Source: a virus (Duplodnaviria; Caudoviricetes). From it: a DNA stretch of 47,406 bases. Position numbers and translations under genes: made by a program. The DNA is taken from the IMG/VR virus record IMGVR_UViG_3300020363_000101, positions 1 through 47,406 of that record. The stretch is one strand, 5' to 3'. A model generated the notes under the pieces. The model was not told the origin of the DNA, searched no databases, and saw only the letters and a program-made list of their open reading frames with translations. Each line of letters opens with the position of its first letter. Positions within the stretch are counted from its first letter, which is position 1. Positions 18,596 to 26,895 of the stretch are shown piece by piece.

Positions 18596-19649
18596 AGATT
18601 ATTTAGAACATAAAGATGAGTATTTAGAAATCTTTGATAGTTCAATGCAGAAAGAACAAGAAAGAAATATAGAATTTCTTGAAAAGAGTTTAAAAGAATT
18701 AACAAGTAGAAAGTTTGCAGTTGCTTGTAGTAGCGGAACGGATGCTTTACTTTTTGCATTATTAGGTTTAGATCTGCAATCTAATGATGAAGTATTAGTA
18801 ACTAATTTCTCTTGGATCTCTTCAGCTTCGTGTGTATCACTGGCTGGTGCTGTTCCAGTATTTTGTGATGTAGACTTAGACACATATCACATATCATTAG
18901 ATAGTATAAAGAGAATGGTAAGCGACAAAACAAAAGCAATTGTTTATCCATTTCTATTTGGAAGTATATCTAATACATTTGAGATACAAGCTTTTTGTAA
19001 AGAGAATGATATAGTGTTTATTGAAGATGCTTGTCAAGCCATAGGTTCTACGCTTATGACTAAGCAAGGCAATATGGTTGCAGGTAATATAGGAGATATT
19101 AGTACATTTAGTTTTAACGCAAACAAACAAGTTGCTGGTATTGCAGGAGGTGGTGCAGTACTCACAGATAATAAAGAACAAGCTGTGTTATTTAGAAAAT
19201 TAAGAAAGCATGGTGAACATGATGTATTAGGATATAATTCTAAGATGCTTGGTATGAATGCTGACTTTATTAATTTTAGATTAACAAAGATGAATGATTG
19301 GAATGCGAAGAGACAAGAGATTGCAAAGAAGTATGATAATGTTTTTCAAATGTGTGATATACATATACAGCAACCGGCAGATGACGAATACCATACTTAC
19401 CATAAATATGTAGTAAGGTTTAAAGACACAGAAACAAGAGATGCAATTAAAGAAAAAATAAAAGGTAGTGGTGTACATTATCCTAAACCTATAAGTGAAC
19501 ATCCGATGTATGAAAATATAAAACATAGAAAGGATGATTACCCAAATGCAAAACAAATAAGTGAAACAATATTAACTTTACCTATGCATCCATACTTGAC
19601 TGAAGAAGAAATAAACGAAATAACAAACACAATTATGATTTTAGCATGA
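18579..19649 (+). CDS. DegT/DnrJ/EryC1/StrS NDP-sugar aminotransferase
   Basis: SSGTDAL, GAVPVFCDVD, IEDACQAIG, FSFNANK, GGGAVLT, GYNSKM, LTLPMHP. Confidence 0.92.
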   Translation: MTGWDRDYLEHKDEYLEIFDSSMQKEQERNIEFLEKSLKELTSRKFAVACSSGTDALLFALLGLDLQSNDEVLVTNFSWISSASCVSLAGAVPVFCDVDLDTYHISLDSIKRMVSDKTKAIVYPFLFGSISNTFEIQAFCKENDIVFIEDACQAIGSTLMTKQGNMVAGNIGDISTFSFNANKQVAGIAGGGAVLTDNKEQAVLFRKLRKHGEHDVLGYNSKMLGMNADFINFRLTKMNDWNAKRQEIAKKYDNVFQMCDIHIQQPADDEYHTYHKYVVRFKDTETRDAIKEKIKGSGVHYPKPISEHPMYENIKHRKDDYPNAKQISETILTLPMHPYLTEEEINEITNTIMILA

Positions 19650-19954
19650 TACAAGTAATCCACGAGAATATTGTATTAATTGACGAAGACGGTAACTGGA
19701 ACTGGCTTAATGATGAAGCTTTAGAAGCGTTATGTCATAATGTAAGATTTTATGTTATAAATGATGATAAAATATTTAATGAAGAACATAAGGGTGATTG
19801 CGAAGATATATATTCTTATATTATAGAAAAAATATATACTATGCCAGATTATCCATTATGGAACGATGTTTCATTTAAAGATAAACCTAAGGCAAAACTA
19901 GTAATAGCATTGAATAAATTTGTATATGATAAAATTAGTAGACGTACAGAATAA
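19646..19954 (+). CDS. Hypothetical protein
   Basis: 102-aa ORF, ATGA-coupled within the operon. Confidence 0.55.
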   Translation: MIQVIHENIVLIDEDGNWNWLNDEALEALCHNVRFYVINDDKIFNEEHKGDCEDIYSYIIEKIYTMPDYPLWNDVSFKDKPKAKLVIALNKFVYDKISRRTE

Positions 19955-20765
19955 ATATCTAGCAATAGATTTCTTTCTATCGATGTCCTGTAATAAGGAT
20001 TGCCACTATTGTACTAGCTATACTTTAGAACAAAGGAATCTAACAGTTGATATGGAATTCTTAAATAGAACCTTATACTATTTAAGAAATTATAAAGTAA
20101 GATGTAACTTGCTTGGCGGTGAACCTGGATTAATTAAAAATTTACCTGATGTAATCAAAGCAATTCAAAGTAATCCTAATCATGTATGCGAAGTACTATC
20201 TAATTCTACTGTTCGTAGAAGATACCCACAAGTATTAGAAGATGAGAATATCATTTATGTTGAACATTTTATATTAGACTTTTATGAACATGAAATATCT
20301 CTATTAGGGCCAAAATCATATGACTTCCACCCTGAAAATGATAAGAATAATTATAATCTAGTAATTAAGACACCTAACTTTGAGAAGTATAAACATCTAT
20401 ATCCTGAAGCTATGGCTAAATTAGATCATAAGAATACTTTGTGGAAAGAGTTTAATGGGCGAGCACCAGATTTTAATGAAATAAAATTAAATATGCAGGC
20501 AGCAGAGATAGATAGGAAGATGTGTGCAGCATTTCCTATGGTGCCTGTTATTAATTTTGAGAACCAAAACTTGGTACATTGTAGTAAGAAGTTTGCAAAC
20601 AATGCTATCACATCAAAAGAATTTGAGATCACTCAAGAGAATATAGATAAGATGATGAATTTCAGATTATTTAAATATGAAAACTATTGTAAAGGTTGTA
20701 TGGAATATGTACAACCAAAAGGACATTTTAATATTAAAAAATATGCGAGCATACTAAATGAATAA
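19920..20765 (+). CDS. Radical SAM protein with C-terminal Cys (twitch-like) domain
   Basis: CNKDCHYC, LLGGEPG; C-terminal C...HC...CKGC. Confidence 0.85.
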   Translation: MYMIKLVDVQNKYLAIDFFLSMSCNKDCHYCTSYTLEQRNLTVDMEFLNRTLYYLRNYKVRCNLLGGEPGLIKNLPDVIKAIQSNPNHVCEVLSNSTVRRRYPQVLEDENIIYVEHFILDFYEHEISLLGPKSYDFHPENDKNNYNLVIKTPNFEKYKHLYPEAMAKLDHKNTLWKEFNGRAPDFNEIKLNMQAAEIDRKMCAAFPMVPVINFENQNLVHCSKKFANNAITSKEFEITQENIDKMMNFRLFKYENYCKGCMEYVQPKGHFNIKKYASILNE

Positions 20766-22335
20766 AAAAATAATGGGAGTAGCGTTAAACCTACACGATC
20801 ACAATACATATGATGGGGTATGGCATAACCAAAGAGAAAGGGAAACACGATTTAAGCATAACCTACCTTATAAGGCAGAAGCTTATGCTCATCAATCAGA
20901 TGTATTAAACCCTAGTGATTATAAACTTAATGATGCATTCACAAAAGAATATTTCCATAAACCTGATGATGGTGTACTAGCATTTACATACACATACGGT
21001 GGAGTAAGGATGTCAAAGCCAGAATTATTAGAAGGCATCCTCAAGGGTCATGAGGAAATATTTGAATGGCAACCTAAAAAATTATGGGATCATTATTATA
21101 AAGATGGCATATACTTTATTGACCATCATCAATCACATGCAGCATATGCCTTTATTAATTCAGGCTATGAACAATCAGATAAATTAGCTATTGATGGTAT
21201 TGGCAATAGATATAGATGTTGTTTCTTTGATAAAGATGATAATATGACTGATCTATCTGATGTACTACCTATGGGCTGGTTATGGAATCATATGTCTAAC
21301 CTTACTGGATTTGGTACTTTAGGTGCAGGTAAACTTATGGGATTATCTGGTTATGGTAGAAGAAATGATTATTTTTATGAAATATTCGAAACAATACTTG
21401 CTGGTCCAATTACTGAAAAGAAACAAGAGAAATTTGAAGAATACATTGATTTAAAAAGATATAGAAAGGAAGATTTAGCACATACTCTAGAAATATTTAC
21501 ATTAGACAAAATAAGAGAATATGTTTATCCACTTAAATCTTCTAATAATTTGTGTGTTGCTGGTGGTGTATCTTATAATGGATACATGAATGAAGAGTTT
21601 ACAAAGGTATGGGAAAATGTTTATGTACCTCCAGCGGTTGGCGATGAAGGCCAAGCTTGTGGAGCATATCAACATGCTGACTATGTATTAAATGGAAATA
21701 AACATGTAGTAGACACCTATTCTGGCAAAGCATATGAATTTGAGCCTACTGAGCCTTTTGAATGGGGATATGAACAATTATCTTGGGAACCTCTTAATAT
21801 GGAAGTTGTAGCCCAAGAGATTGCTGATGGTAAAATAGTAGGTTGGTTTCAAAGTAAATCAGAAAGCGGTAATCGTGCATTAGGTAATCGTAGTATCTTA
21901 GCAGATCCACGTAATCCTGATATAAAAAATATTATCAATAGAACCATAAAAATGAGAGAAGACTTTAGACCATTTGCTCCTGCTGTATTAGAAGATCATT
22001 ATCAAGATTGGTTTGATACAAATCAACCATCACCATACATGTCAAGAATTATGCCTGTTAAATCTAATAAGATTCCTGGTGTAACACATGTTGATGGTAC
22101 AGCAAGAATTCAGACAGTAAATATGTCACAAAATATAAGGTTTTGGAATATTATTAATGAATTCTATAAGATAACAGATATACCTATGTTGCTCAATACT
22201 AGTTTTAATTCTCAAGAACCTATCGTAGAAGAACCGTGGCATGCTGTCCGCACGTTCCGTGAAACAGCTATAGATATATTAGTAATTAATGATTGGATGT
22301 TAATTAAAAAAGTGACACATGACGGATGGTTGTAA
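20758..22335 (+). CDS. Carbamoyltransferase, NodU/CmcH/TobZ family
   Basis: DHHQSHA, AIDGIG, GKLMGLSGYG, AGGVSYN, PAVGDEG, RALGNRSILADP, FRPFAP, HVDGTARIQTV, LLNTSFN. Confidence 0.95.
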   Translation: MNKKIMGVALNLHDHNTYDGVWHNQRERETRFKHNLPYKAEAYAHQSDVLNPSDYKLNDAFTKEYFHKPDDGVLAFTYTYGGVRMSKPELLEGILKGHEEIFEWQPKKLWDHYYKDGIYFIDHHQSHAAYAFINSGYEQSDKLAIDGIGNRYRCCFFDKDDNMTDLSDVLPMGWLWNHMSNLTGFGTLGAGKLMGLSGYGRRNDYFYEIFETILAGPITEKKQEKFEEYIDLKRYRKEDLAHTLEIFTLDKIREYVYPLKSSNNLCVAGGVSYNGYMNEEFTKVWENVYVPPAVGDEGQACGAYQHADYVLNGNKHVVDTYSGKAYEFEPTEPFEWGYEQLSWEPLNMEVVAQEIADGKIVGWFQSKSESGNRALGNRSILADPRNPDIKNIINRTIKMREDFRPFAPAVLEDHYQDWFDTNQPSPYMSRIMPVKSNKIPGVTHVDGTARIQTVNMSQNIRFWNIINEFYKITDIPMLLNTSFNSQEPIVEEPWHAVRTFRETAIDILVINDWMLIKKVTHDGWL

Positions 22336-23109
22336 ATGTTAACAAGAGATGAGTTAGTATATATTAAAAATATATTAAATGTATCGAATACGAAAAATAT
22401 AGATTTTAGTTTACTTGATAATGTGTTTACAGCCTTTGAGCATGAACCAAACTTTAAAGATGATATTTACGATTCATTTAGTCGTAATCAATTCTTAGCT
22501 AAAAGCAATTTAGTTCAAAGATTAGATGATCTCAACCTTTTAAATAAAGATACCGAAGTTGTTATTTGGGGTTGTTGGTATGGAAGCATTCTTATACCAT
22601 TACTACACGATAAGGTTCGTAAAATTACTGCAATAGATTTTGATGATAATGTTGTTACTATTGGTAAAAATAGATTATTTGAAGAATATTTTAAAGTTGA
22701 TTGGATAACTGGTGACTTATTTGAAGACTATAAAGAAGCATATAATGATGCTGATATTTTTATTAATACATCATGTGAACATATGTTACCAATGAAATGG
22801 TGGGGACCAAAGGGCCCTAGATCATCGCATAATTATTTTTTAGAATGGGATGGTGATTATAGAAGAGAATGGAAAGGTGCAGATGAAAATAATTGGCCAG
22901 TATATGATATAGCATGGTGGGATCGGGTTAAACCTACAGCACACTTTGCTTTTACATCAAATGACATGCATGATATTGAAGGCCATATTAATTGCGTAGA
23001 TAGCATAGAAGAGTTTAAACTACAACTACCACCCGGTGCAGAAGTATTGGCAGAGGATGAATTAGAAGACGAGAGAGGTACCAGATACCTATTAATAGGA
23101 AAGATATGA
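22336..23109 (+). CDS. Class I SAM-dependent methyltransferase-like protein
   Basis: VVIWGCWYG, ITAIDFD, DIFINTSCEHM. Confidence 0.68.
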   Translation: MLTRDELVYIKNILNVSNTKNIDFSLLDNVFTAFEHEPNFKDDIYDSFSRNQFLAKSNLVQRLDDLNLLNKDTEVVIWGCWYGSILIPLLHDKVRKITAIDFDDNVVTIGKNRLFEEYFKVDWITGDLFEDYKEAYNDADIFINTSCEHMLPMKWWGPKGPRSSHNYFLEWDGDYRREWKGADENNWPVYDIAWWDRVKPTAHFAFTSNDMHDIEGHINCVDSIEEFKLQLPPGAEVLAEDELEDERGTRYLLIGKI

Positions 23110-23963
23110 AAAGAATAATCTATAGTATCTATGTCGACATACCGGCACCTGAACATTATGGCACAACATCAAAAAGTAAATGGGACACAGAAGAGAAAGC
23201 AACTGTTACAGTTGATGCCTTTAAAGAACATTATGATCGATTAATTGAATGTAAAAAAGTTTATGCTGAACGTATAGGTGTACCTTTTAAGATGTACCTA
23301 TATGATAAAAGGTATATAGAGTTCGAAGAGAAATTTAAACGTGACTTTCCAGAGGTTACTGGATATGAGATAATAAATTTCTATAAGTTACACGTATTAT
23401 ATGAATTATCAAAGAGTTATGACGAAATTCTATATCTAGACTTTGATGCTATACCGATGAATCATTCAGTTAACTTCTTTGAAGAATGGGATTTATCTAA
23501 AGGTATATGTGTCCTTGACAATAATGAAAAGATTGTTCATAATGTAGAAGTAAGCCAAAGCATTCGTAGTCCATCAGCAAAATATTATAATTGCCAAGCG
23601 ATGTTAATAGATGGTGGTTATCATCCTGATAATGATGTAATCAATACTGGTATTGTTGGAGCAAGGGCAGAACATGTAAAGCAATTAGATTATTGGGGTG
23701 ATTTTCGTGAAACATTAGATCTTATGACAAGATTAAGATACGAAGAATCTGATATATACCCACAAAATATTATTGATATGTTTAGATATGATAACGAAAC
23801 AATCTTTTCATATAAAGTAAAAACAACAAATACTCCTATACAATGGCTTAATCCAAGATGGCATTACTTTTTTGATATGCAAAGATTTGTACCAGCTTCA
23901 GCAAAAATAGTCCATGCAATTTGTAAAGACTTTGATATTGTATGGAGAAGGTACGATGCTTAA
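23106..23963 (+). CDS. GT-A fold glycosyltransferase
   Basis: YKL...YDEILYLDFDA (DxD), INTGIV, WLNPRWH, KIVHAI. Confidence 0.75.
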   Translation: MKRIIYSIYVDIPAPEHYGTTSKSKWDTEEKATVTVDAFKEHYDRLIECKKVYAERIGVPFKMYLYDKRYIEFEEKFKRDFPEVTGYEIINFYKLHVLYELSKSYDEILYLDFDAIPMNHSVNFFEEWDLSKGICVLDNNEKIVHNVEVSQSIRSPSAKYYNCQAMLIDGGYHPDNDVINTGIVGARAEHVKQLDYWGDFRETLDLMTRLRYEESDIYPQNIIDMFRYDNETIFSYKVKTTNTPIQWLNPRWHYFFDMQRFVPASAKIVHAICKDFDIVWRRYDA

Positions 23964-24693
23964 GATATGCACAGTATATTATGGTGATAGATACACACCA
24001 GACTATGTAGGTAAATTATACGATAGTATAAGAAGAAACTGCAGTATTCCGTTCCAATCAATTTGTATTAGTGATAATCCTAATGTCGAAGCTGATATAA
24101 TATTACCATATAATCATCATAGCAATGTAAAAAAGCATTGGCATAAACTAAAGTTCTTTTCTCCCTATTATGGTTATCAAGATCCAGGTGATGATATAAT
24201 AATTATGGATATTGACCAGGTTATTACTGGTAATGTTGATGACCTTATAGGACATCCAGTACAAGAGAACGAATTAGTTACTTATGGTATATGGTGGAAA
24301 TCTAAGCTACACACAAATGGAGGATTTTATAAATTTAAATCTGGTAGTTTATCGTATGTATGGGATGACTTTATTTTAAATCCTGAGTATTGGCAAATGC
24401 ATTACTATGATATAAGAGAAGTACATTTTCCATATTATGGAGAACAAAACTATGTTAATTGGAGAGCTGATGAACATAATATAAAGTTAATTAAAACACC
24501 TGAAGAATGGATAGGTAAGTGTGATATGGATATTGATGAAGATACATCAAATAATAGAACATACTGCGAAAAATTTGGTGACTTTATGTTTATGGATGAA
24601 GTAAATCCACATATCAAAGTAATACATTTTACAGGTTTAGAGAATAATATACACGATAACCGTAATGGATGGATTAAGGATCATTGGAAATGA
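23956..24693 (+). CDS. GT-A fold glycosyltransferase (GT8-like)
   Basis: ICTVYYGDRYTPDYV, WHKLKFF, IMDIDQVITGNVD, NGG, GEQNY, VIHFTG. The likely start is MLKI at 23956. Confidence 0.75.
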   Translation: MLKICTVYYGDRYTPDYVGKLYDSIRRNCSIPFQSICISDNPNVEADIILPYNHHSNVKKHWHKLKFFSPYYGYQDPGDDIIIMDIDQVITGNVDDLIGHPVQENELVTYGIWWKSKLHTNGGFYKFKSGSLSYVWDDFILNPEYWQMHYYDIREVHFPYYGEQNYVNWRADEHNIKLIKTPEEWIGKCDMDIDEDTSNNRTYCEKFGDFMFMDEVNPHIKVIHFTGLENNIHDNRNGWIKDHWK

Positions 24694-25256
24694 GAAGAAT
24701 AATAGCTTGTAGATTCGGAGATAAGTTTACTCAATGGCATGTTGATAACTTAAGGCACATGATTGATACTTATTCAGGTATACAGTATGACCAATTTGAA
24801 GTTATTGAAACGGATTTGTATGGTAATTGGTATAATAAATTTCAGATGTATGACAAGTTTAGAGACGGTGAGAACCTTTATTTTGATTTAGATATGATTA
24901 TATACGGAAGGTTACCAAATCTATTTAGAAAAAACTTTACACTATTAGATGATAAATGGTGGAGAGAACCAGCACATACCCCACTCAATTCATCAATTGT
25001 TTCTTGGACTGGAGATGTATCTCATATATGGGAGAAGTTTTGGCCTTATGCAGATATGTACATGGAAAAATATAATAAGGGTAGTGATGAATGGTATTAT
25101 AAAGAAATAGAATATGACATATATGATCCGGTATGCCCGAAGTTTAAAGTGGAAGGGTGTGATCCTTACTTCAATGTGTGCACCTTAGGACAGATGCACC
25201 ACATTATGGAAGAAGGGTGGACCGGATGGTGGTCCCCTTGGCTGTTAAAGCGTTAA
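24684..25256 (+). CDS. GT-A fold glycosyltransferase (short paralog)
   Basis: ACRFGDKF, WYNKFQMY, LYFDLDMII, LNSSIVSW, GSDEW. Confidence 0.72.
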   Translation: MEMRRIIACRFGDKFTQWHVDNLRHMIDTYSGIQYDQFEVIETDLYGNWYNKFQMYDKFRDGENLYFDLDMIIYGRLPNLFRKNFTLLDDKWWREPAHTPLNSSIVSWTGDVSHIWEKFWPYADMYMEKYNKGSDEWYYKEIEYDIYDPVCPKFKVEGCDPYFNVCTLGQMHHIMEEGWTGWWSPWLLKR

Positions 25257-25904
25257 CTATTTTTTCTTAGTTGCTTTAGTTTTTTTAGCTTTATTTACGT
25301 TTTTCATTATAGATTTTTTCTTATCAGCTTTATGTTCAGCTGCTTGTTTATCTAAAGCTTTTTGGTTTTCAACTGGATCTGTTACTGGATCAGTATCATC
25401 AAGAGTGTTTCTCACACCTGTAATAGCAAATGCGTGTTGTAAGACTTCAATTTTATTTGAACTCTTTCTTAATGCAGTCTTTGCTTCAACATTATCTGAC
25501 TCACGTATTTCTTGTAATTCAAATAAGGCTAACTTTAATGCAAATAAATGATCTTCATTATCCATGTTAGTAAAGATATTGTCTACAAGTGTAGGGAATA
25601 ACTTTGTTTTTGACAGGTTAGTTTCCTGCTCTAGTACACCAGTGTCCGATAAAACCTGTTTAGCTGTTGCTACAAAAGCTTCACTCTCAGCTTTTTTAAC
25701 ATTCCATGTTTCTTCATGAATGCTATCCATCGTAGTCAATTTCATAAGAGCTTTAAAATCCGCTTGTGATTCATCAGCTTCAATGACCATTGGTGTTAGT
25801 TCTAACTCACCTGTATGATCCATGTTCAGTAAAACTTCAAGGTTCTTCCTGTCCTGGTCAATGAAGTGAGCTGATACAAATGTATTTTTAGTAATTAAAC
25901 TCAT
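25257..25904 (-). CDS. Hypothetical protein with Lys-rich C-terminus; last gene of the structural block
   Basis: TAATG-coupled to the upstream 304-aa gene; ends KKKSIMKNVNKAKKTKATKKK. Confidence 0.7.
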   Translation of the reverse strand: MSLITKNTFVSAHFIDQDRKNLEVLLNMDHTGELELTPMVIEADESQADFKALMKLTTMDSIHEETWNVKKAESEAFVATAKQVLSDTGVLEQETNLSKTKLFPTLVDNIFTNMDNEDHLFALKLALFELQEIRESDNVEAKTALRKSSNKIEVLQHAFAITGVRNTLDDTDPVTDPVENQKALDKQAAEHKADKKKSIMKNVNKAKKTKATKKK

Positions 25905-26818
25905 TATGCTTTCCTCGCTTTTAAGTAATATGTATTAATTGTTGTTGCCGAACCAGCCGGAAACTCTTGTGTTCGATAATCATCTCCACCCACTTCTCTT
26001 TGTGCATATGTCGAACTATTCAATTTAGTGTCTGTCATACCAGAACCTAAGTTGGTTCCAGACCCGCCAATAGCGTATCTGATTTTGTGTGAAGTTAAGT
26101 TCACTGCTACATAACGTATCATCTCTTTTATCAAAGCATCAAATTCTGCTTCAGTATATTCTTGAATATTATTATCACCATTAATATAACATGGTTTAGC
26201 AGTATATTCTGTTTCAGAACCATTTGCTCTGTGAAGATAAAAGTTAGTAATTGTAGTTGGTTGATCTTGTGTTTCAGTAATACCACCTGCCGTATATGCA
26301 CTCGCATCTGCTCGTGTATCTGTAAATACCGCTGTTGTTGAAACATTAGTATATCCAGATGGAGCTGAAGTAGATGTGCTTATTTGATAAGGTAATGCTG
26401 CAATAATTGCATCAACAAGAGTATCTGCATATGTATCAAACATCTCCTGTGGAGTCATAGCTTGTAAGTTATTGCTTGAATTTACATATACTGGCATTCT
26501 TGTTGTACTGCCGTTATCATTAAATGTTAATGAACCTGTTTCTGTTTCAGATATCTTATCATACGATACTGTTACAGTGCTTACATCAGGAGTATCACCT
26601 GCAGATCTAAAGCTACTTGCGTGAGACGTAGCTGAACCTGCTTGGAGTCGTGTATCACTCATAGCATCTAAAGTACCACTACTACCAACAACAGACAATG
26701 TTACTGACTGATCTGCTAAGTATAACCATTTTGCACGGTTAATAATCGCAGTCTTGTCGTCAGCTGACATCTCCTTTAAGTTATTTGAATCTATTTTTAC
26801 TGGTGTTCTTGCTGCCAT
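25904..26818 (-). CDS. Putative virion protein with a threefold internal repeat (fibre-associated)
   Basis: Ser/Thr/Ala-rich with a late promoter upstream. Repeats RTPVKIDSNNLKEM / RMPVYVNSSNNLQAM / KPCYINGDNNIQEY and MSDTRL / FTDTRA / MTDTKL. Confidence 0.65.
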   Translation of the reverse strand: MAARTPVKIDSNNLKEMSADDKTAIINRAKWLYLADQSVTLSVVGSSGTLDAMSDTRLQAGSATSHASSFRSAGDTPDVSTVTVSYDKISETETGSLTFNDNGSTTRMPVYVNSSNNLQAMTPQEMFDTYADTLVDAIIAALPYQISTSTSAPSGYTNVSTTAVFTDTRADASAYTAGGITETQDQPTTITNFYLHRANGSETEYTAKPCYINGDNNIQEYTEAEFDALIKEMIRYVAVNLTSHKIRYAIGGSGTNLGSGMTDTKLNSSTYAQREVGGDDYRTQEFPAGSATTINTYYLKARKA

Positions 26819-26823
26819 AGTAT

Positions 26824-26884
26824 TATTTATATCCTTTAGTTAAGTCTATTTATACTCATCTGTAGTAGAAAAGTATAAATAGAC
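26824..26884. promoter_or_regulatory. Cluster of three TATAAATA boxes with a 13-bp inverted repeat
   Basis: Minus-strand boxes at 26824-26831 and 26847-26854; plus-strand box at 26874-26881. GTCTATTTATACT (26844-26856) pairs with AGTATAAATAGAC (26872-26884). Confidence 0.65.
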
Positions 26885-26895
26885 GTTGTTAATAT

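Noticed and set aside
25213-25239. GC-rich hairpin (AAGGGTGGACC...GGTCCCCTT) near the convergent junction as a terminator
   Set aside because: It lies inside the GT coding sequence (WTGWW region), the stem is bulged, and there is no good U-tract on either strand.
1137-25256. Bacterial chromosomal biosynthetic cluster or chimeric assembly
   Set aside because: The same phage-type late promoter boxes occur in both the enzyme and structural halves, gene packing is phage-like, and the junction at 25256/25257 has intact stops on both strands.
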